From Paraspadella gotoi (Eukaryota > Animalia > Chaetognatha): DNA of 64,000 nucleotides. The stretch covers positions 20,879,665-20,943,664 of the forward strand of contig CM119269.1 in the NCBI GenBank assembly GCA_051294375.1, read 5' to 3'. The notes beneath the pieces were generated by a model. That model searched no databases. It was not told where the DNA came from and saw nothing but the letters and a program-made list of their open reading frames with translations. Below are positions 52,601 to 63,967 of this stretch, piece by piece; the stretch's first letter is position 1, and the number at the start of each line of letters is the position of its first letter. The position numbers and the translations under genes are program-made.

Positions 52601-55359
52601 GCTTCGTTCCTAACGATTTTGTAGCCTTCGTTGCCGGACGTTTCCACCTGAGGATAAATTTTTAATACAATATGTTGTTGACACGAAGTTAGGATAGAGC
52701 TTACCCTATTTTCTAATGTACTATCTAGGAAAAAAGTATATCACATAATTGTTAAAAAGTTCATTTATGCAATAAAATATATAAAACATGGGTAAAACAG
52801 TTTTAATATTTGGTATGCCCTCCCACGGCATAGACTACTGTCTACAGCGAATTGAGGTATGATGGTGAAATATTTTTTCACACCTTTAAGAAAAAAGGTC
52901 ATTCAAATCAACTTGAAAATAGACAAAAAAGAAGTACAAATTCAAAAAGCTGAGCTCCTGGCGATTCTAAAAATGTATTCACTTTAAACATTTGATGCAT
53001 TCTACGCCATTTTATATCGGTTTTAATTATAATATATGAATGAATAAATGAATGGATAATTTTTATATTGGTTGTACCAATTTCATAAAATAAAAGAAAC
53101 CTATCTGAAGAGTTGCAGGTCAAATGAAAAAGCCAATCCATCTGATATTTTTTATGAATTTTTTATTACTGAATTAGAAAAATGTAATAGAGAGACATTT
53201 TTAAATTTCAAATTGAAACGTTTTTAAACTTTAACCCTAAATTCTTTCTAACTGGAACGCGTTTATCAAAATGTCTCTCTATTACATTTTTACAAATGTT
53301 TTTAAGATTGTTCATCAAATTTTTAAATCAATATTATTGCAGTCGTTTAGGCTGCAACTCTTCATATTCAGTGTAGATTCATTGTAGCTCGAATTTCTTT
53401 ACCTTCTATTTAACTGAAGATTTTAATGACTGTAAAACCAACAGAGAAACAAGATTAATTGTTTAATCCTTCCCTTCTAAATTTGCCTTTACCGTGTTTT
53501 AATTTCTTACCTAAAAATTTTTAACAACCAGATTGAAAAACAAATCTTTAGAAAATGTGTTTGTTATTTACCGATTAAAAAAAATAAAACAGAATTTTTA
53601 CATATAAATAAAAACTTTTTTTTTTGGTGATTACTGGTGATTATAATGTATTTCTCGATATATTAGCTCTAATACATCAATGATTATGCATTGTTAAGTT
53701 GAATGACCTTTCCTCTTAACGCGATTCTTTTTAGTCCTACCACCGATGTTATGTATCTTTCCCTCTTTTCTAAGAGCTATAATAGTACTTTTATAAACCA
53801 AATAAAACAAGTTTGAGCAAACAATGTCGTAACTGCCTACGAAAATTAATTAATTAATTAATCGATTAATTAATTAATTCAAATAATCACTGATGTTTTC
53901 TCTTTCTGATATAGGTTTTATTTTCCTCTTGCTTTTACAAAAAGCTACTAAAAAGAATGCAACATTACTTGAATTTGCTCTGCGCCGGTTTAGAGCTTAA
54001 TTATGTTAATTACTACTAATTAGGTTAATGTTATACTATTAAGAAGGCTATTAAGTATAGAAATAACTCCTATTCTAAATCGTGAAATCGTACACTCAAG
54101 CCCGAGTCGATTAGGGCATACCCAAAACCAACAATATGCACTTTAGTAGCTCATTTCTAAGCTGAAAGGAAAATTCTAAAGTGAGCAAATGAAGAACTCC
54201 ATTTAGAAATATTAACTAGGACATCTTTACTATCCTATGGCCATTGAACTGATTTTCGGGCTTGAAAATATCCACATCTAATTCCCCTAAACTGTGCTAA
54301 GTAGGGCGTTTTAAAGGGGAAGGCCCTTATGACTTTCAACCAAAATGGCCCAATCTTTCAGAATTTTTTAAGTGCCGTGTCAATAGTGGTTTTTGCAATT
54401 GTGCTTGTCGTATTGCTTTAATAGTTAGAACAAGGTCTGGTTAAGTATCTCAATTAAAATTTTAGTCGGATCTGCTTATCAGCAGATCTCGACTCTATAA
54501 TTCACTAAGACGGTCCGTCGGTCCGCCCCTCAATTTTGTCGGGCATTCACTTATATCATGTAAGAACATCGAATTAGGATAAATTATGCCAAAAAAAAAA
54601 ACGATGTCCGTCCGTCCGTCTGTCCGTCCATCCCACCTTAGCAAAAAAACTCTAATTAATCATTTAGTTAATTAATTAGTCAATAATTAATTAATCAGTC
54701 AATCAATTAATTATTATATCAATCAATTATTTATCTATTAATTAATTATTCAATCAATCGATTTATTTATCAATTAATTAATTATTTAATCAATCAAGCA
54801 ATCAAGTCAATCGTTATCGGCATTATTGTCGTCGTCGCCATCATCGTCGTTGCTTTTGTCATGGTAAGTGACGAAAAACAAACATTTTGGATCAAATTAA
54901 TTAGTTTATTAATTTATTAATTATTACCGCTAATGATCGTGCGAGTGGAAATGAGTTTCAATGGAAAAAACAAAAGTCATATTTACTTGAAGAATTTTTA
55001 CTTATATTTACTCATAATTGAATAAAAATTGGATAGATAAATGAAAATGAAATTTTGTGTGTGGGTAGGAAACTATGAGATTAAGCTGGATATAAGTTTT
55101 TGATGGAATCGTAGGAGTGGAAAAGAGTTTAAAACAAAAACCAAAGACACATTTATGTCAATTGTCCTAATTAATTGATTCCAGTTGACCAAATTATGCC
55201 AGTTGACCAAATTATGTCACATTATGCCTGTTTACCTGTTTTCTTCCATCCATTCCTTACCTTCATTCTCTCCGCTACGGTGTAAAGCTGCCCGATCCGA
55301 CCCTCTGCCAACTCGAGGGGAAGGAGAATTCGATATTCCACGCGTTTGATGTCGTCCAT
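43554..55359 (-). CDS. PITPN: Phosphatidylinositol transfer protein, class I-like, paralog B, ~278 aa; exons 55359-55261, 52647-52418, 52241-52112, 51987-51948, 47448-47302, 44600-44529, 43683-43554
   Basis: Same exon sizes and phases as paralog A, in correct order. All exons are open except exon 5, which has small insertions (likely read errors). Confidence 0.88.
44529..44600 (-). CDS. PITPN: PITP-B exon 6
   Basis: [24 protein letters not shown]; partial copy at ~46394-46456, + strand copy at ~24226-24295. Confidence 0.9.
46531..47261. mobile_element. TA-flanked fold-back MITE with ~290 bp arms in PITP-B intron 5; related fragments at ~19740, 21990, 23860, 37840, 45017, 58500
   Basis: TA|gaacaaagtttgaagagagatttaacaacgattt ... 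aaatcgttgttaaatctctcttcaaactttgttc|TA; the homologous PITP-A intron is only 67 nt. Confidence 0.75.
47302..47448 (-). CDS. PITPN: PITP-B exon 5 (indel-noisy)
   Basis: DYDPNMDPT...GRGPLV.DWQKD...[11 protein letters not shown] recognisable across frames; a second noisy copy at ~38170-38315 has different indels. Confidence 0.8.
47665..48145. repeat. ~19-20 bp minisatellite (TTCAACTTGCATAATTTTT)n; also 25545-25625, 38560-39060, 43220-43305 (reverse), 45850-46070
   Basis: Head-to-tail units without spacers. Confidence 0.92.
48801..51292. mobile_element. ~2.5 kb palindromic insertion made of telomere-repeat-derived minisatellite (CCCTAA-rich arm 48867-50017, TTAGGG-rich arm 50111-51292)
   Basis: Arms are reverse complements around ~50065; the flanks are contiguous in the copy at ~39700-39730. 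Confidence 0.8.
51714..51830. repeat. 22-bp tandem repeat GATTATTGATGTAATAGTAATT (copy 40155-40265)
   Basis: Direct inspection. Confidence 0.9.
51948..51987 (-). CDS. PITPN: PITP-B exon 4
   Basis: VITIDIANSIMFP; ctcag acceptor, gtaagt donor. Confidence 0.85.
52112..52241 (-). CDS. PITPN: PITP-B exon 3
   Basis: [43 protein letters not shown]. Confidence 0.9.
52418..52647 (-). CDS. PITPN: PITP-B exon 2
   Basis: [76 protein letters not shown] (matches ORF 52414..52647); gtaagt donor. Confidence 0.92.
52890..53715. mobile_element. TTAA-flanked palindromic non-autonomous DNA transposon (Kolobok-like) in PITP-B intron 1
   Basis: TTAA|gaaaaaaggtcattcaa ... ttgaatgacctttcctc|TTAA; internal inverted pairs gaagagttgcag/ctgcaactcttc and aatgtaatagagagacatttt/aaaatgtctctctattacatt. 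Confidence 0.65.
54459..55170 (+). mobile_element. DINE-1/HINE-like non-autonomous Helentron family (related pieces ~59559-59830, 20280-20700, 22510-23060, 37060-37490, 39660-39900, 48745-48800 plus 51293-51460)
   Basis: T-run then hairpin agtcggatctgc..gcagatctcgact-ctataa, (GTCC/GTCT)n microsatellite and conserved core; putative 3' ends ...gcagatccgacattgtttgctcaaacttgttt on - strand at ~19510, 21780, 38440, 47565, 53806, 59155. Confidence 0.6.
55261..55359 (-). CDS. PITPN: PITP-B exon 1
   Basis: [33 protein letters not shown], donor gtaagg. Confidence 0.9.
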
Positions 55360-57764
55360 CGTTTTGGCAATTATCAAACAAATTAAGGAGCTAAAATTAT
55401 TTATTGTATATAATTCGTAAGGCAGGCCAGAATTTTACATTTTTTTGTCGTTTTACAACCAAATTGACTTATGATGTTAGATTTTGATTAAATTAATTTT
55501 TCCTCACGTATGGAAGCGTTTTAATATTTAAACAATATATAAGAAAATGCTTTAAAAAAACCAATAGGATATTAATTTTTTTAAAAATGGATTCTGATAA
55601 AGCTTAAAAGGTTAGTACTACAAATTTTAAAAATTGTTAATGATAAATGGGCTAAAATTTTAAAAAGCCTTAAAATCATCATTATCATCATCATTCATTA
55701 AATTTTATAGTTTTGTTAATTTTTATAGACAATCATTAAAATTTCAAGAAGTAGTAATAATACCTTCATCTAACTTTTGAAGCTCTATCATAATCCGTCA
55801 AAAAAATTAAAATATTATCCAAAAAATTTTTGACATTATATAGTATTTGCTTCGGTTCCTTTTTATATCGATTAATCGGCACCGAGTACACAAGAATGTG
55901 ATGTCCCGTGATACGTTTCCGGACCTTTGGTCTACACAAAAAAGGGTAATCAATTTTTTCCTAATTACAGTTTTTTATAAATTAATCTTAAAATTAGTTA
56001 TATAAAATTAATAAAGTAAAATAAAAAGTTAAAAAAGTAAAATTTTTTTAAAAAATTAAAAATTATGCAACAATCACAATCTATAAACAATTTCCTTTCG
56101 TTTGAGTCTATAACCTATATTTTTATCTTTAAATAGTTTATTTGTAATTAATTTTCTTTATTAAAATATTATTTTAATATTTTTTCAAAAAATTTGAACT
56201 AAAAAAAATATAATTATGCCAAATGATTGAAAATTTTTTTATATTATAAGGGATTTACCTACCTATATATATATACCTTCATATACATATATAGGTAATT
56301 TTTTATGATTATGTTTTGACATAGAAATAAATAATTTATAAAATTAAATAATATGAAAAAAATTATAACTTGAATTTTTTTTTAGCATAATAAACATAAT
56401 TTTTAATTAATTGTTTATAATGTTTTTAATAGCTACTGGTTGTTGTATTCCTCTCAATTATAATAATTTTATAACTTTTTTTTATTTGAATTAATTTTAA
56501 ATGCTTCTCACTTAAAAGTTACTTGCATAAAAAGTTAATACTTTGGTAGTAAGTTGATATTTTGGGTGTGGATAATACTATAGAAATTGGTACAACCAAT
56601 ATAAAAATTATCTATTCATTTTATAAATAAGCTATAGGCGGCGTCTTGGAAAAGCTACACAAGTTCAGGGTCTGATAACTCTTACGTCATGACTTAAAAT
56701 GAGCTTAAAATGCCCGTAAAAGATTGGAGCACAGTTAGGTTTGTTGCCCATAAGCTTTTGGAGTACTTCTAAAAAAATTTTGGCAGAAGGCATCTTTTTT
56801 TAACGAATTTTAAATGTATCTCCTGCTTAAATAACAGCATAGATTGACTTTATTTTATACACATAAGACCCCTTATGGTTGTTCTATATGCTGATAAAAT
56901 TCAAAACAATTCTTTGGGTAATAAAGTTTAATTTGCATAAAGTAGTGAATTTTACAATTATAATCCTAATTGTTTTTATTCATTGATATTTTTAAAGAAA
57001 ACATTATACACTAGATTATAAACTTCATGAACATTTAAAAAAAATCATGTTTAAGGTTTTATTATAACTTGATGCTAAAAAAAATATAATATTTAAATAT
57101 TGATCTAAAAAGTACTTTATTATAACATAATAATATTAATTATATTTTTATTAGCAATATGTAGCCCTGATTAGCTGATTCACGATATAAAATTTTATAT
57201 TTTTCTAAAAGTTAAGCCATTTTAATTTATAAGCACCTAGAATCTTGGAAAATGACGAAAAATGGTCGTTTTACCAAACCCTTATAAAAACTGACTTAAT
57301 AATATTTTGGGTTAAATCATTTGGTGAAATCAAAGATATGTGTCTGTACTCCTTCTAGTGTTAATAAAATGTTTCAAAATCATTCTAACTGCAGCTGTGC
57401 AGCAAGTATTTACATGTTATCATTTCCTTTGTTGCTCTCTCGGTTTAAAAGAACTTATAATTGAATGAATCCAGCAATCAACTATTATTCTCTATATCCA
57501 AAGAAAGCTTTTTTTGTCAATAGTAGAGGGTGTGATCAAGGATTGGTCAAGGCTGGTGGCCAAGATACTGCGATGTGGGCCAATGAGCCCGCGATGCCGG
57601 CCAAGGAGAGCACGGTGCCAGTCAAAAAAGGCGGCGGAGATGGTCCGAGAACTGGTTTGAGACTTGCCGTCTCTTTTCTCTCTAATGGCGATGAGGTCTG
57701 CGCCTCGGAGATGGTTTTCCTCGTCATTGAGAGATGGTGTTTTGGATAATTAATGTTACGAAAT

Positions 57765-58360
57765 AACTATCTTTTATATTACGAAGAAATCCAGCCTCTC
57801 CACCTTCTCCCGATGCTCTTTTGTTCTTTTTTACTGACATAGAAAATGCCTCCGTTCTTGCGATCGCAGCGACATCTTTAGGCTCTTTCTTTTGTTTATA
57901 CCTAAGTACAGATTTCCGAAGGCAGTGTACAGCTGATTCTGATTGGTGCCCGTGATTTCGATAGATTTGATTGATTCTAATCGAATTCTACCCACGTGGT
58001 ATCTTCTAAAGTTGTCACTGGGTTTTAGTTCTTTTCAGAGCAATATTAAACTCTTATCAGATATCTCGGAATCTTATTTTTCTATGAGAGAAGCATCTCT
58101 TTTTGGTTATTATTGGCTTCAGAAACAAGTAAGAAAGACACTTTACACTTATATATATTTGCTGAGTTTGTACTAAATGTTTTGTTATGCCTTTGCCCAA
58201 GATTTCTAACACTCCAACTTAGACTACCGACATTTTCGTCAAGTCTGGGCTTCGCAGTTCGTCGTCCTTTCGGCCTTAGCCGACGTCGTTCTGCGAGGAC
58301 TGTGTCGTCCTCATCTCCAGGGCGTTTTGACCGGCGCCATCGTCTCATCTGAGCCATTTA
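57765..58360. repeat. Diverged dispersed repeat shared with ~28320-28745, ~30200-30830, ~33440-34290, ~40375-40660
   Basis: Shared blocks ttgaccggcgccatc, accaatcagaatc, aaaagagcatcggga, ttatttcgtaaca. Confidence 0.7.
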
Positions 58361-60039
58361 TACCCGATTCCATCTGGTTTTGAAATGCGAAGAATTAGCC
58401 TAGTCAGTTAGAATTCAAGGACAGCCATTTCTCCGAACTTAGTTCAATACAATTAACAAAAACTATTTTTATTTTTCTTCAACAACGATGATGTTTAATA
58501 CAAAAATGGGACATGTTTCGACTAAATGTAAGTCTTCCTCAGCGCCATTGTATTTGTAAAAAAAATCTTTGAGAAAAAGAGAGTGTGAGAAGGATTGTGA
58601 GGGAGAGAGAGAGACATAAAGCTTCCAACAAAGAATTGAGAAGGACAGTAGGTGAGGACAACTGAAGGTGAGGACAGATGAGAGTGAGAGTAAATTCAGT
58701 AAAGGAAATATTTTAAGGTCAAAGAATTACATTTTGCAAAGTAAAAATAACATTGAAAATTTTAAGAGTTAAAAACTGTGAAATTAATAATTAACTAAGG
58801 TAATAAATTTAGTAAATTTGAATGGAAATGAGTTTAAAATAAAAAAAAAAACCTGTTTCACTAATTCTTATGATTTTTTTTTTTATATTAAATGTAAATG
58901 CAAGATGTATTAATAAATCAAATATTTAATCAGTTAATTAATCATTAGTAAATTAATCAATCAGTCAATTAACCAATCAATCATATATTATCAATTAATC
59001 AACTATTCAATCAATCAATTTATTTATCAATTAATTAATTATTCAATCAAACAATCAATCAAGTCATTCAATTAATCGTTTTTGGAGTCATTGTCGTCGT
59101 CATCATCATCGTATTTGCTTTTGTCGTGGTCAGTGACGAAAAAACTATAAATCAACATGTTTGAGCAAACAATGTCGGATCAATTAATTAATTGACTAAT
59201 TAATTAATTACCGCTAATGATCAGCAGATCCCGACTCTATAATAGACGGAACAGTTTGAAAACTATAAGTTCTCTCAATAAATAATGATTAAGTGATTGT
59301 TAGAGAATATGAAAATAAAAATAATTTTTAAAATTTTGCTTATTGATAAGCGCACGATCCATTTAAAGATTATTTTATTACTATTTAAAGTTAAAAATTT
59401 TTTTTGAATTTTTCAATTTTTTTAATAGATTCTGATAGAGCTTTAAAAGTTAGATAAAGGTTATTAATATAACTTTTTAAAATGTTTTGTTTTATTAATG
59501 AAAATTTAAAAAAAACTATAAAATTCACAATGATGATGATGATGATGATTTTTTAAGGTTTTTAGTCGGATCTGCATATCGCAGATTCCGACTTTATAAT
59601 TCAATTGTCGGTCCGTCTGTCCACCACCCCCAATCTTGTCGGTCATTCACTAAGATCATCTCAGAACTCAAATTATGTAAATTTATGCAAAAAAATGGGT
59701 GTTCGTCCGTCAGTCCGTCCCACCTTAGCAAAAAACTCCAATTACTCGTGATTGGATGGTTTGATTGGAATGAAATTTTGTGTGTGGGTATGAAAGTGTG
59801 TGATTGAGCTATATATAAAGATTGTTTGAATCGTGCCAAAAACCTCATCACTTGTCATTCAATCATAATCGTTTATCTGGAAAAGATTGGCTGTATGGAA
59901 CCGTAGTTTTTATGGAATCCAAGGATTTTCTACTTGAATTTAGAGTACTGAAGAAAAGTAAGAAACTGACTACTGAACTGTCACTAGCAAGTTTTTTTTG
60001 CAATTATCAAACTGAATAAATGATAGAAAGAATTGACTA

Positions 60040-60991
60040 CCATGATGGAAAATAAAATTTTCGCGTTTGGAAAAGTCGGTTAATTTCATTGTCAAATATA
60101 TTTTTTTGGCCGGTAAATAGGTTTTAATATGAAATATGACCTCCCTAGGACTGAATAAAAAGATTATTTCTCAACAGCATAACATTATTTAATGGCATAC
60201 AAATACTTCCAAAAGAGGTTGTCTCCAGCTGTTTTCACCTTTTTTGATCAAGAGGACTACTCACATTATTGTTAAATATTATATCTCTGACATATATTTT
60301 TTATCAGATTAGGGCAAAAAAATTTTGGTCCTTGAAAGCAGTGGAAAAAGATTGGTCCCCTATAAAAGTAAAACAGGCTTGAGTTGTTGTTGCATAATGT
60401 GATGATGCGCATTGTCTTTTCATTTCAACAAAATCTTTATTTTTTTTTGGACTTGTTTGATATTTGGTTCTGATAATACATCCTGTGGTAAATAAAAATG
60501 ATAACTTTGCTCATGGAAAAAGGTTACCAGAGCATTATAACACTTATGATACTTTACAATATAAAAAGAATATTCTGGAGCATCAAACAGCGTTAATGTA
60601 TTTTAATGCCGCTATTTTTTTGACATATGAATCTGAAGATTCATCCCTGAATCTATCCTAATAGAAGCTGATGCATAACTATTTTGAAACATGAGACGAG
60701 AAAAGGTAGGGATTTTTAATTTTAACTCAAAAAGTAATAAAAAGAACCGGAAATACTATAAATGAAAAGTGTAGAACATAAAGATAAAAAGAATGAAGCA
60801 TTTTTTTGGACACTCATTTTCTTTTGCCATGGAACTCTTGTATTTTTTTGTCGTACATAAATGAGACACAGCTCATATGAATCACAAAAGACCAAAGATT
60901 CTCGATATGTAAGTTTTATTTTTCGATTCTTACATTAAAATGCCAAAAAAATAGCGGGAAAGTAACCGCGACAATTTTTTTTCCATCATGG
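60040..60991. mobile_element. TA-flanked ~950 bp TIR element (Tc1/mariner-type non-autonomous)
   Basis: TA|ccatgatggaaaataaaattttcgcg ... cgcgacaattttttttccatcatgg|TA. Confidence 0.6.
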
Positions 60992-62796
60992 TAAGCTGCG
61001 AATAAGCGTCTCCGCAACAAGATCAATAAAATGCAATGACTGAGTTTCAGAAATACTGCTTTACTGCTGCAATGAATACGATAAAACCCATTTATTTAGT
61101 ATTAATTAAAAAATATAAGAATGCATATCTGTTCGTAGCCAAGTATATTCATTAAATTATTACTACTATCAGTTTTTATAAAAAGTTTAAAAAGAGACCA
61201 TTTTTACGTGCATTTTTTTCCAAAAGATTCTAGGTCTATAAATTATAAAACGGCTAACTTTTAAAAAAAAATAAAAATTATATCGTAATCAGCTAATCAG
61301 GGGCTACCATAAATAATAAAAATATAATTTAATTCTATTATTTATAATAAAGTACTTTTTTTAGATCAATAATTTAAAAATTATTTTTTTTTAGGCATTC
61401 AAGTTAATTAAAAATTCCTTAAACCATGATTTTTTTAAAATGTTCATGAAAGTTTACTATCTAGTAGTATAATGTTTTTTTAAAAATATCATGAAATAAA
61501 AACTATTAGGATATAATTGTAAAATTCACTACTTTATGCAAATTAAACTTTATTATCCAAGGGTTTGTTTGATATTTTATCAGCATATAGAGCAAACCAT
61601 AAGGGGTCTTATATGTATAAAATAAAGTCCAATCTATGCTGTAATTTAAGCATGAGACACATTTAAATTTGTTCAAAAAGATGCCTTCTGCCCAAAATTT
61701 TTATTTAGAAGTACTCCAAAAGCTTATGGCACAAACCCCTAACTGTGCTCCATCTTACGGGAATTTAAGCTCATTTATAAGTCATGAACGCAAGAGATGT
61801 ACCAGACCCCTGAACTTTGTGTAGGCTTTTTCCCAAGACGCCCCCGCGATTTACCCCTGATTTTGGACAGGCTTTGGTGGTTCAAGGCCTCCATCACTCT
61901 ACAAGATAATGACATAGCAGGTCCCTGCAAGCTTTCAATCAAGACTCTCTCACAGTCTCGTTTATTAACTCCAGAGTACCTGGCTTCCCTATCAATGAAG
62001 TGGGAAAAATATTTCTAAATTATATATTTCAATGTCAAAACATAATCATAAAAAAATTACTATATATGTATATGAAGGCCTATATTCAGTAGATAAGTCC
62101 TTTTAATATAAAAATTTTCCTTCAATCATTTGGCATAGTTTATAATTTTTTTTAAATTTAAATTATTTGAAAAAAAATTAAAGAATATTTTAATAATTAA
62201 TAATTAATTACAAATAAACTATTAAACATAAAATAAAGGTTAAGGACTCAAACGAAAGGAATTGTTTATAGATTATGGAAAATATATAATATTTTCAATT
62301 TTTAAAAATTTACAACCATTTTTAATTTTTTTATTTTACTTTATTGATTTTGTATAGCTAATTTTTAAAATTAATTTATAAAAAAACTCTCATTAGGAAA
62401 TATTTGATTGCCTTTTTTTTGTGTATTCTTGTGCACTTCGTGCCGATTAAATCGATGTAAAAACAAACCGTTGAAGAGACAGTAATTATTGTTGTGTTAG
62501 TGACAGAACCATTCAATATAAGCAGTGTTACTGGCGGGTTAAGCGCCCTGTCCCTCTTAAATGCTAAGGGACTAGCGGGCTAGAACCCCGGACCTTTGGG
62601 TTTGGAGGCGAATGACTTGCCTCTGGCACCAATGGCCGCTGAAGAACGGTTGGTGGATTTTAGTCCACCATACCGCTTCCATACATTTAACTATAAAATA
62701 AATCTTAATTTTTTATTTTCATGATCTTTAATAAACACATTAACAATATTTATACCGGACTTCTGTTAGTTTGTAACCTGTTCCGCCTTAATAATT

Positions 62797-63190
62797 AGGT
62801 TAGGGAGTCAAACAATTCTGTCGGAAAGGTTTTAATAAACAACATTAACATTTGACAATCTTTTAGTTATATAAAGATTGGACATTCGGTCATTTAACGA
62901 TAATAGATTTTGGATATGAAATTTAATGTAGACATCAAGTCGGGGAATATTTTTTTTTCATCGGCGAGAAGTTTAAACCAAAATTATCCCATTTGATTGA
63001 GACAGCATGGGATTTTACTTAACCTCGTTGGCTGAGAGCAAAAGTGTCTGTGTGTGTGTGAGAGAGAGAAAGAGAGAGAAAGAGAGAGAAAGGGAGAGAA
63101 AGAGAGAGATGACGATGATAAAATACTGCTAAAAACGCCCGGGATGAGGAGAAACTGCCCTTAGGCGATCCTTTTTTGCGGGTACCCCTC
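62797..63190 (-). promoter_or_regulatory. Upstream region of PITP-B, homologous to PITP-A upstream 41812-42345 (candidate promoter or 5'UTR exon)
   Basis: Shared blocks gtcaaacaattctgtcgg and gcccggga.gaggagaaac.gcccttagg..cgatcct.ttttgcggg in both paralogs; regulatory function is inferred. Confidence 0.35.
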
Positions 63191-63909
63191 GAGTTTTTAA
63201 CGCTAAATGACCCCGGCGGGGTCTTACCGATTAACTCTATACTTATAAACTATCGATTTGTAAAAGTACCAAAGTACTTTTAAAAAAAAGACCAGGGTAG
63301 CCTAACATAAAGAAAATGCACATAATACACATAATACGTTTATAATACGTTTATTGAATCAACGGAAACCAGTGGCTGCGCCAATACATGTAAATCACTT
63401 TCAAGGTCTTAAACTGAACTGTTACTGCGGCACAAATAACATTTTGCTACTTGCAAAAATATTTTGTAAATCAAAATAATATTTTTTTTGTTTCAATATA
63501 TTATATAATTATATGATTAAAATGTTTTTGATCAATTATCAATTATCGCCCGAAAAACGGTTGAGAAATTTGGTCGTTAAATTTTTTTTTTTACCCGTTA
63601 ATAATAAATATAAATAATAATAATAATATATAAATAATAATAATAAATTCGACCTCGAGTATCGTAATTGACGAAGGGAATAAAATGAAAAAAGAAAGCG
63701 AAGGCCGATAGGAGCCGCCGAAAGGTAAAGGGTAGCGGGTCGATAGGAGCAATGGCGAAATGGATTAAAGAGAGCCTTCCCCTTGCGGTTTCGATCATCC
63801 GACTCGGATAAAAAAAAAAAACTAATTTCAAAGAATTTGTCGCGTGAAAAAAAAAAATACTAATTATCTCTGAAAATCTCGTTAAGGCGAGAGGTTTTTG
63901 CAAGAAAAA

Positions 63910-63967
<58 letters not shown>

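Larger units (their letters stand above)
55866..62458. repeat. Long diverged inverted repeat pair (~55866-57190 and ~61285-62458)
   Basis: e.g. gcgtcttggaaaagctacacaagttcagggtctg (56641) vs cagacccctgaactttgtgtaggctttttcccaagacgc (61803); arms differ by substitutions and by internal blocks. Confidence 0.8.
55416..62790. mobile_element. ~7.4 kb composite/nested insertion just upstream of the PITP-B start exon
   Basis: ATAATT on both sides (55410-55415, 62791-62796); degenerate terminal IR taaggcagg/ccgcctta; PITP-A shows the uninterrupted site at ~41805-41815. Confidence 0.65.

Noticed and set aside
60880-60910. HIENLWS on the - strand, resembling a Tc1/Merlin transposase motif
   Set aside because: Short frame with no other DDE motifs; insufficient to call a transposase.
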